From positions 233,076 to 265,075 of the forward strand of contig NZ_OMOH01000005.1 of NCBI RefSeq assembly GCF_900289195.1: a stretch of DNA of 32,000 nucleotides, read 5' to 3'. Source of the stretch: Propionibacterium ruminifibrarum (GTDB lineage Bacteria > Actinomycetota > Actinomycetes > Propionibacteriales > Propionibacteriaceae). The translations under genes and the position numbers were made by a program. The notes beneath the pieces are model-generated. The model searched no databases. It saw only the letters and a program-made list of their open reading frames with translations, and was not told where the DNA came from. Shown here in pieces: positions 19,586-26,651 of the stretch (position 1 is the first letter of the stretch; the number at the start of each line of letters is the position of its first letter).

Positions 19586-19609
19586 AATATTAGAACATGT
19601 TCTATTATT
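19586..19609. promoter_or_regulatory. AT-rich palindromic operator/promoter element (probable TetR-family operator)
   Basis: AATATTAGAACATGTTCTATTATT has a perfect 14-bp core TAGAACATGTTCTA (19591-19604) and 24 bp of symmetry with one mismatch. It is the only strongly AT-rich stretch in this intergenic region, 28 bp upstream of the dsbA ATG. It contains TAATAT/TATTAT -10-like hexamers on the two strands. Confidence 0.5.
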
Positions 19610-19886
19610 ACAACAGTGCGGGCCTGCGATCGAGGGTGTGAGCAACGTGGTGCCGTCCGGGTGCTTGCGAGGACAGTCCGCCGGGGCGCCGTGAAGCCAT
19701 TGCGAGGGTGGATCGGTGGACCCGGCGGTGAGGGTGGCCGGACGGGAGTGCGTCGAAGGGCTGGTAGCGTGAGGGCGCTGAGAGCCGGGACGAACGTGAG
19801 TTCAGCGGTCGGCGGGCTCGTCGGCACGGGTTTCTCCGGGCCGTGCCCGCTCGGTGCCGACGTGATGCGTGCGGAGGATGGAAGAC

Positions 19887-20507
19887 ATGGCCGGTCCACC
19901 GGGAAGACCGAGAAGGGGCGAGACGAGGGACAGCCGACAGGTGATCCTGGACGCGACGGTCGCGATCATCAAGGAGCGCGGCGCCGGTGCGGTGCGCGTG
20001 AGGGATGTGTGCGAGCGGGCCGGCGTGTCCACGGGAACCTTCTACCATCACTTCGAGAACAAGGACGATCTCCTCATGTTCTTCGTGCGGGACGGCTTCT
20101 TCCCCGCAACGGACCTGCGGACGCCGCGGGACGACCCGGCGGGACGGATCGTCGAGCTCTACTCGTCCCTCATGTCCGCCTACGTGGCCATGGGCGAGGA
20201 CTTCATGAAGAGCTTCTACACCACGGACAACGCGGCACTGTCGGCCTCCTTCGGCCAGACGGACGGCAGATTCCCGCCCGGATCGGTCATGGCGGTGAGC
20301 GAGGAGGAGATCACGGTCGCGGTCTCGTCGGGTCTTCTCCCGGGCGTCCGGGACGTTCACCAGGCTGCCGCCGACATCTGCACCCTCGTGAAGGGGTGCG
20401 TGTTCGAGTGGTGCCTCAGCGGCGCCGACCTCGATCTGGGCGAGATGATCGACCGGCTCATCCGGGACCATCTGCGCGCGTGGGGCCTGCGCGACCGCAC
20501 CCGGTAG
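19887..20507 (+). CDS. TetR/AcrR-family transcriptional regulator
   Basis: HTH region ILDATVAIIKERGAGAVRVRDVCERAGVSTGTFYHHFENKDDLL. I chose ATG 19887 (GGAGGA 9 nt upstream). GTG 19869 and ATG 19878 are alternatives. Confidence 0.85.
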   Translation: MAGPPGRPRRGETRDSRQVILDATVAIIKERGAGAVRVRDVCERAGVSTGTFYHHFENKDDLLMFFVRDGFFPATDLRTPRDDPAGRIVELYSSLMSAYVAMGEDFMKSFYTTDNAALSASFGQTDGRFPPGSVMAVSEEEITVAVSSGLLPGVRDVHQAAADICTLVKGCVFEWCLSGADLDLGEMIDRLIRDHLRAWGLRDRTR

Positions 20508-20612
20508 CGGGGCCTGAGCCCGGTGGCGGCACGACGATGCCTGCGCGGGGCTTGGTGGCCAAGGCCACGGCCGGGTCGGGCATCCGGGGCGCCGGGGCGT
20601 TAGCGTTGTGCC

Positions 20613-21476
20613 ATGAGCTACCGACCTCGCCGCTCCGTGCTGTACATGCCGGCGTCCAACGCCCGTGCCCTGGCCAAGGCCAGGACGATCGACTGCGACG
20701 CGGTCATCCTGGACCTCGAAGACGCCGTCGCGCCAGACGCCAAGCCGGCGGCACGCGAGGCGGCCTGCGAGGCCGTGCGGAGCGGCCAGTACGGTCACCG
20801 CGAGCTGGTCGTGCGCGTGAACTCGCCGGGTACCCGCTGGCACGAGGACGACCTGGCGGCCGTCTGCGCCGCCGCCCCCGACGCCATCGCCGTGCCGAAG
20901 GTGGACTCCGCCGAGCAGGTTCGATCACTGATCGCAGCCATGGACCGGCTCGGCGCGCCCGGGAGCACCGGCCTGTGGGCGATGATCGAGACGCCGCGGG
21001 CCGTCCTGGACGCCGACGAGATTCTCGGCTCCTCCGAACGCCTCGAGGTGGCCGTACTCGGTACGAACGACCTCGTCAACGAGCTGAGGGCGGCGTGGGT
21101 TCCCGGGCGCGCGCCGCTGGTCCACGCGCTGCAGACCGTCGTGGCCGCGGCCCGCGCCCATGGCAGGGTCGTGCTCGACGGCGTCTACAACGACGTGCGC
21201 GACGAGCGGGGCTTCGAGGCCGAGTGCAGGCAGGGCCTGGAGTTCGGGTTCGACGGCAAGACGCTCATCCACCCCGGCCAGGTCGCCATCGCCAACGACG
21301 TCTGGGCGCCGGATGAGGCCGCCGTCGCCGAGGCCCGCGAGCTGATCGCCGCCTTCGACGAGGCACTCGCTGCCGGCTCCGGAGTCGTCACCTTCCGTGG
21401 GCGCATGATAGAGAACCTGCACGTGGCGGCTGCGCGCCGCATCGTCGACGCCTACGAGGCGATCGCGAGTCGCTGA
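20613..21476 (+). CDS. citE: HpcH/HpaI aldolase / citrate lyase beta-subunit-like (CitE-family acyl-CoA lyase)
   Basis: RRSVLYMPASN, AVILDLEDAV, the MIETPRAV loop, and LDGVYNDVRD...GFDGKTLIHPGQV are typical of CitE/malyl-CoA-lyase-like proteins. No citD/citF lies nearby. Confidence 0.85.
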   Translation: MSYRPRRSVLYMPASNARALAKARTIDCDAVILDLEDAVAPDAKPAAREAACEAVRSGQYGHRELVVRVNSPGTRWHEDDLAAVCAAAPDAIAVPKVDSAEQVRSLIAAMDRLGAPGSTGLWAMIETPRAVLDADEILGSSERLEVAVLGTNDLVNELRAAWVPGRAPLVHALQTVVAAARAHGRVVLDGVYNDVRDERGFEAECRQGLEFGFDGKTLIHPGQVAIANDVWAPDEAAVAEARELIAAFDEALAAGSGVVTFRGRMIENLHVAAARRIVDAYEAIASR

Positions 21477-21648
21477 GCCGTTCGCCGCGCAGCACGGGAA
21501 GGCCTCCGACTCGGATGCTGCACACAAGCGGTTCACAGTCGGCGCAATGCTTCGTCCAGGCATGCCGACTAGACTTGAGTCAATCAGGCTTAGGTTTCGC
21601 TCTCACGTGGAAGAGCGGGGCTGGACCACGGTGATACGAGGAGAACCC

Positions 21649-22440
21649 ATGACCTTGACGGGCGGCACGGCTTCTGTCCCCGGTCGCGGCAATACGCGCC
21701 TTCAGCTGCGTTCCCCCGCGTCCATCGCGATCTACGACTCCTACGATGACGCCCAGCACGCCGTCGACTATCTGGCCGACCGCAACTTCCCGGTGCAGTT
21801 CCTGTCGATCGTCGGCACCGATCTGAAGAGCGTCGAACGCATCACGGGGGGCCTCAACTGGGGCCGGGTGCTCGCCAGTGCCGCAATGAATGGGCTCGTC
21901 TGGGGCGCCATGGCGGCCCTGCTGTTCTACTTCTTCATTCCCGATGTGAGTCTCGGGCTGATCTTCCTGGGCGCCATCGTCGTCTTCGTCCTGGCCAACG
22001 TCATCACCTCGGCGATCAGCTATGCGATGACCGGCGGGCGGCGCGACTTCACCTCGGCCTCCCAGATCGTCGCCACCCGCTACGAGGTCCTCGGCGAGAG
22101 CCAGGTGGCGGGCCAGGCCCGCCAGCTCCTGGCCGGCGGCCAGCCGGTGCGCACGGTGCGCAACGATCCCCCCGCCCAGCCCGCAGGGGCCCCCGCCGCC
22201 CCCACCGATCCCGTCGGCGGCCAGCAGCCACCCGCGTACGGCCCGCCAGTGCATGGCCAGCCACAGCCCTACGATCAGGGCGGGGCACAGGGTGACCTGT
22301 CTGACCTGCCGGTCCCCGGGTATCCGGCGGCGGCCGGGCCCTCCGGCGTCCCGAACCAGACGCCTCCCCAGGCGACCGGTCGTGGCGGTGAGGTCGGCGA
22401 CGCAGAGGCCTTCGACCCCACTGATCGCGGCCAGGGCTGA
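21649..22440 (+). CDS. Membrane protein with YflT/GSP17M-like N-terminal domain and Pro/Gln/Gly-rich tail (Rv1234-like)
   Basis: SIAIYDSYDDAQHAVDYLADRNFPVQFLSIVGTDLKS is followed by two TM helices. GAGGAG RBS before ATG 21649. The C-terminal ~90 aa are low complexity. Confidence 0.6.
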   Translation: MTLTGGTASVPGRGNTRLQLRSPASIAIYDSYDDAQHAVDYLADRNFPVQFLSIVGTDLKSVERITGGLNWGRVLASAAMNGLVWGAMAALLFYFFIPDVSLGLIFLGAIVVFVLANVITSAISYAMTGGRRDFTSASQIVATRYEVLGESQVAGQARQLLAGGQPVRTVRNDPPAQPAGAPAAPTDPVGGQQPPAYGPPVHGQPQPYDQGGAQGDLSDLPVPGYPAAAGPSGVPNQTPPQATGRGGEVGDAEAFDPTDRGQG

Positions 22441-22614
22441 TAAACCGTTCGGCGTGGATCCAGGGTAGCCTTAGGCCTGTTCGGCTCGGCGAGGAATGTG
22501 GTACTTCCCGAAAAACACCGAGCACTCCCATGGCCAAGGCGCGGGTCGATGCTGTTGTGTCCAGCGTCGTAGTAGACGGCAGGTTTGATCGGTCCTGCTT
22601 GTGAGGGGAATGAG

Positions 22615-23283
22615 GTGGTGCCTGTGGTTGCGAAGTGGACGTTGTCGTTCAGGATGCGTCGTCCGGGGCAGGAGGAGCGCATGGAGGAGGAGGCTGCGCG
22701 GTCCTGGGAGCTGATCCAGCAGTTGCGGGGCCTGCACCCCACCCTGGACCCCTGGCGGCAAACCAATAGGATCAAGGCGAAGGCCGCGGCGAACCCCGAG
22801 ATCACCACCCTGGAGGAGTTCCTCGCCGTCATGCACGCCAACATCAAACCCGACCTGTCCGGCGTCAGGTTCTCACTGTTCTCCGGTGATGTGGACCGCG
22901 CCGATGGCGCCTCCATCATGGTGAGGATTGGCGGGTGGCAGCCCGACACCGGCGGCGTAAGGCTTGAGTTCCATAGTAGTGAGTTCGCTGATCTGCTCGT
23001 CGGTGATGAGTCGCTGGCTGATCGCCTAGTCGCCATGGGCGCGGACATCCTGGATCCCGAGATCGGGGGCCTGTCCCGTGAAGATCACCCTGTCAAGGAT
23101 CATCCTGAGCCGTATGACTATACGCAGGGGTGGAAGATGTTCTTCCCGGCCTCCTCACCCCACTGGGCGCAGGCGGGTGCCCTGGCCACGGCCTCCTACC
23201 CGACCGCTAACGGTGCGGTGTTCACCTACGGTACTCCCGACACCTACCCCACCATCCTGGACACCTGGCCCAAGAACTCCTGA
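22615..23283 (+). CDS. Hypothetical protein, tentatively Imm52-like (polymorphic-toxin immunity family)
   Basis: The ORF is in the track from 22585 (TTG). I prefer GTG 22615 (GAGGGG 6 nt upstream). It is a coherent acidic alpha/beta-looking protein of ~222 aa: WTLSFRMRRPGQEERMEEEAARSWELIQQLRGLHPTLDPW...MVRIGGWQPDTGGVRLEF...GWKMFFP. The family call is from memory only. Confidence 0.55.
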   Translation: MVPVVAKWTLSFRMRRPGQEERMEEEAARSWELIQQLRGLHPTLDPWRQTNRIKAKAAANPEITTLEEFLAVMHANIKPDLSGVRFSLFSGDVDRADGASIMVRIGGWQPDTGGVRLEFHSSEFADLLVGDESLADRLVAMGADILDPEIGGLSREDHPVKDHPEPYDYTQGWKMFFPASSPHWAQAGALATASYPTANGAVFTYGTPDTYPTILDTWPKNS

Positions 23284-23638
23284 ACCCTTCAAACCCGCTC
23301 GCCCCGAACAACGTCACCCGCACCGGGTGCTCACATCCCGGGTGCGAGCTGACGTGCTGCGCTGTGCACGGCGCCGCAATCAACGGCAGACACACCCCGG
23401 CATGTCCGGCATCCCAGCCGGGCCATCCGGGGACAGCAGCAGGGGTGGTATCAGACGGCTTTACCACGAAGCCTCGAGCCGGCTATCAGGGGGCGCAGGA
23501 GCCAAAAAGGTCTGCACTGACCCAAGGAGCGCCTGGGTCTTTCACTCGAGCGGTACCGTCACTGAATCATGATGACCAAGAGTGCTGCGGAATGACCTGT
23601 CGCTCACAAACACTCTCGCTCAAGGAAGGGGAACTCCC

Positions 23639-24253
23639 ATGATTGACATGGATGCTGTCGGCCGGGAGATTGCTGCTGGTAAGAACGAGCTCTCCTCCAG
23701 TGACAAAGCGATCCTCTCCCTTGGTGCGCGCAGGCGCATCTGGATGGCGATGCAGGATCCCGACGACAATGAGATCACCTACCGACACCGCGTTGAATTG
23801 GAAATTCAATGTGTCGAACACGTTCAACATCTCTGGGACAGGGCATTCCCTGGTGATGCTGGCATCAATGAGATGATTGCACTCGCACGAGAGCTCATCG
23901 AGCGACGAGCGGATCCTGAGCAGGCAGAGCGACGCGCGAGTAGCTTTTTGATCGATACCTTGGACAGGGTTTCTGTGTTCGATTCTGTCGTTGAGCCCGC
24001 TACCTTCGTCGCCGATGCCGCCTCGCACACGGTGATATCCGCCTGTTATCGTAATCCTGGTTTTGATATCGAGGATCCGGAGCTTGACGACGACGAGCTA
24101 CTCCCTGATGCGCTCGAGGCAAGCTACAGCTGCGCCATTGCGATGGCGAATGCTGCGAACTGGCAGCCGATTGAGGAGACCGACGTGGCGGCACGCCGGG
24201 AGTTCTGGGCCTGGTACCTGGATGAGGCCATCCCCCAAGTCCTCGCGAGATAA
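23639..24253 (+). CDS. Hypothetical all-alpha acidic protein, tentatively Imm5-like immunity family
   Basis: AAGGAAGGGG RBS before ATG 23639 (MIDMDAV). It is noticeably AT-richer than its neighbours. The motif block RRRIWMAMQ...IQCVEHVQHLWDRAFPGDAGINEMIALARELI recalls the Imm5-like proteins sometimes mis-annotated as SbcC. The antisense 153-aa ORF is rejected. Confidence 0.6.
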   Translation: MIDMDAVGREIAAGKNELSSSDKAILSLGARRRIWMAMQDPDDNEITYRHRVELEIQCVEHVQHLWDRAFPGDAGINEMIALARELIERRADPEQAERRASSFLIDTLDRVSVFDSVVEPATFVADAASHTVISACYRNPGFDIEDPELDDDELLPDALEASYSCAIAMANAANWQPIEETDVAARREFWAWYLDEAIPQVLAR

Positions 24254-24577
24254 CTCCCCAACGGCCCTTTCCCCTACATTTTCGGTACGATCCATTCCGC
24301 ATCGACGCACCCCCAAAACAGGCATAGAACGCCAGTTCGTAAGAGTTGTCTCAGCCCGCGGCCATAATTCAGAAGGCGGGTCATGGGTGGGTGCGGAGGT
24401 CGAGTCCTACAGCGTACACTATGGGGCGACAGGAACCGTTCGATGATCTGGTCTCACCTGATAACCCGGCCCGGGTCGCGCTGCCGGACTGAGACGCCAT
24501 CGAGAACACCGAGGTTGAAGTGCATTCCGTGTCCGGCCGGTACTGGTCATATGCACCAACGACGGAAGGAGGCAATC

Positions 24578-25138
24578 ATGAGACGTTTCATCACGTGGGT
24601 TGTTGACGCTCAGTCGGGTCATCTGGAACAGTTCAAGGCCCATCAGACCCCTGAGGTGATTGCCGACGACATCGCCCGTCAGCTGACTTCCCCGACCTTC
24701 CTCACTGGGGGGCCGCGCTTTGCCTCGGGACTCTGGATGCTGTCTGACAGGAAGGACACCCGTGCCGAAGGCGCCTATTTTGCTCTGGGGGTTCAGCCCC
24801 TTCCCGAGGGGGTGAGATCTCCCGATGAGTTGCCAGATGATGATCCTGAGCAGATGCGGTACATGCAGGCGGCCGGGTCTAATCGGGCCATGACGATCGA
24901 GGCCCGGGTCCCCGACGCGGACGGGGGCTACACCCACTACGTGCTGGCGCGTGAGCCTGGCGCGGATCCGAACCGGTGGGTGCCCCTGGCCTGGGACAAC
25001 GGCTCGGCCAAGCCGTACAAGATCCGGCTGCACCCGGAGGAGGTGTTCACCGGCGAGCAGGCGGCATCCGTCTTCCGCGACTACATCGTCAACGACCAAC
25101 TCCCCGGCCCCGAGCTACTGCGCCCCATCGACGTCTGA
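24578..25138 (+). CDS. Hypothetical protein (186 aa), possible immunity-type protein (Imm1-like C-terminal motif)
   Basis: Strong GGAAGGAGG RBS 7 nt before ATG 24578 (MRRFITWVV). The C-terminus, YKIRLHPEEVFTGEQAASVFRDYIVNDQLPGPELLRPIDV, resembles the conserved tail of Imm1-type proteins. The family call is weak. The track's upstream extension (from 24383) has off-frame composition. Confidence 0.6.
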   Translation: MRRFITWVVDAQSGHLEQFKAHQTPEVIADDIARQLTSPTFLTGGPRFASGLWMLSDRKDTRAEGAYFALGVQPLPEGVRSPDELPDDDPEQMRYMQAAGSNRAMTIEARVPDADGGYTHYVLAREPGADPNRWVPLAWDNGSAKPYKIRLHPEEVFTGEQAASVFRDYIVNDQLPGPELLRPIDV

Positions 25139-25179
25139 CCCGCTGCCGCAGTCCCTCCCGGTCGGCACGGGGCGCCTCC

Positions 25180-26622
25180 TCAGACGCGGGGGACCGATCC
25201 CATCCACGCCTCGACCCCGGCGCTGTCCCTCGGCAGCTGGTCGCTGAGGATCGAGCAGCCGTCGGCGGTGATGACGATGTCGTCCTCGATGCGCACCCCG
25301 ATGCCGCGCAGCGGCTCGGGGACGAGCAGGTCGGTGGACTTGAAGTAGATCCCCGGTTCGACGGTGATGACCATGCCCTCGGCCAGGGTTCCCTGGCGGT
25401 ACTGCTCGGCACGGGCGTGCGCGCAGTCGTGCACGTCGAGACCCAGGTGGTGGCTCGTGCCGTGCACCATCCAGCGGCGCCACTGGCCGCCGTCGGTCGA
25501 CAGCGCCTCGTCCACCGAGACCGGCAGGATGCCCCAGTCGTGGAAGGCCTGCGCGAGCACCTGGACCGCCGCCCGGTGCACGTCGAGGAACCCCGCCCCG
25601 GGCCGCGCCGCATCCATACCGGCCTGCTGCGCGGCACGGACCGTGTCGTGGACCTGGCGCTGGGCGTCGGTGAAGGAACCGGTGACCGGCATCGTGCGGG
25701 TGATGTCGGCGGTGTAAAGAGAGTCGAGCTCGATGCCGGCGTCCATGAGGACGAGGTCGCCGGGTCGCACCGGGCCGTCGTTGTGCACCCAGTGCAGGGT
25801 GTTGGCGTGGTCGCCGGCCGCGACGATCGAGTCGTAGCCGACGGCATTGCCCTCGGTGCGCGCGTGCATGCCGAAGACCCCCTCGAGCAGCCGTTCCCCG
25901 CGGCGGTGGGCGACGGCCCGGTCCATGTGGGCGACGACGTCGGTGAAGGCCTCGGCGCTGACCCGGCAGGCCTCGCGCAGCTGGCCGAGTTCCCAGTCGT
26001 CCTTGACCAGGCGCAGCTCGTCGGCGGCGGTGTGCAGCTCCCCGTCGGCCGCAGCACGCATGCCGCGGGCCCTGTCGACCAGCTCGGTGACGCCCCGGTC
26101 CGCCTCGCGGATGACGCGTAGCGGGGCGCCGCCGCCCTCGATGAGCGCCGGCAGCCGGCCGATGTCGGCGGTCCGCATGCCGCACATCGCCGACATCTCC
26201 TCGAGCGACTCGCGGGCGCCGACCCACATCTCGCCATAGCGGGCATCGGAGTAGAACTCCGGGTCGGTGCGCGGGGCACGCGGGTGGAAGTGCAGGACAC
26301 CCTCGCCGTCGGGCTCGATGACGAGGACGGCGTCGGGTTCGCGGTCGGTACCCAGTCCGCTGAGATGCGCGAAGGCCGAGTGCGGGCGGTAGGGGAAGTC
26401 GCAGTCGTTGTTGCGCCGCCGGTACCCGCCGGCAGGGATGATCAGACGCTCGCCGGGGAACAGGGCGGCGAGGGCTGCGCGGTGGGCCGCTGCGCTGGGG
26501 GCCGCCGGCAGCCGGGGCGGGGGCTCGGTGGGGTAGGGCGCCCAATCAGAGGTGATGAAGTCCTTGAACGCGTCCGAGTAGCGCGGCCCGCTGCGGGGCT
26601 GCTGTGGTTCCTGCTCGCTCAT
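25180..26622 (-). CDS. pepP: Xaa-Pro aminopeptidase (M24B, with AMP_N domain)
   Basis: AMP_N motif DCDFPYRPHSAFAHLSG and M24 metal ligands (LVLMDAGIELDSLYTADITR, HGTSHHLGLDVHD, VITVEPGIY, GVRIEDD). Start MSEQEPQQ at 26622 with a GGGAGG RBS. The 248-codon upstream extension in the track is rejected. Confidence 0.9.
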   Translation of the reverse strand: MSEQEPQQPRSGPRYSDAFKDFITSDWAPYPTEPPPRLPAAPSAAAHRAALAALFPGERLIIPAGGYRRRNNDCDFPYRPHSAFAHLSGLGTDREPDAVLVIEPDGEGVLHFHPRAPRTDPEFYSDARYGEMWVGARESLEEMSAMCGMRTADIGRLPALIEGGGAPLRVIREADRGVTELVDRARGMRAAADGELHTAADELRLVKDDWELGQLREACRVSAEAFTDVVAHMDRAVAHRRGERLLEGVFGMHARTEGNAVGYDSIVAAGDHANTLHWVHNDGPVRPGDLVLMDAGIELDSLYTADITRTMPVTGSFTDAQRQVHDTVRAAQQAGMDAARPGAGFLDVHRAAVQVLAQAFHDWGILPVSVDEALSTDGGQWRRWMVHGTSHHLGLDVHDCAHARAEQYRQGTLAEGMVITVEPGIYFKSTDLLVPEPLRGIGVRIEDDIVITADGCSILSDQLPRDSAGVEAWMGSVPRV

Positions 26623-26651
26623 GGGCGCCTCCCATCCGGCTCGTGTCGATA

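Noticed and set aside
19591-19604. Possible LexA/SOS (Cheo-type) box because of the GAAC…GTTC arms
   Set aside because: Actinobacterial and Gram-positive SOS boxes have GAAC-N4-GTTC spacing. Here the spacing is N2 (GAAC-AT-GTTC), so it does not fit. The adjacent TetR regulator is a better candidate binder.
19019-21316. 765-aa plus-strand ORF, the longest in the track
   Set aside because: It runs antisense through dsbA and out of frame through the TetR and CitE genes. Its translation is Arg/Gly/Pro-rich with no motifs. This is the classic stop-codon-poor alternative frame of high-GC DNA.
22441-22600. Minus-strand frame reading …AVYYDAGHNSIDPRLGHGSARCF…, vaguely like the YN..RPHS.LG tail of rve-type transposases (a possible IS remnant at the island border)
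   Set aside because: The match needs gaps and loses the key residues. There is no stop where the transposase would end, and the upstream part of the frame is antisense to the first island gene.
23567-24028. 153-aa minus-strand ORF antisense to the Imm5-like gene
   Set aside because: It has no RBS and an odd composition. The plus-strand frame has a strong RBS and a coherent helical acidic protein.
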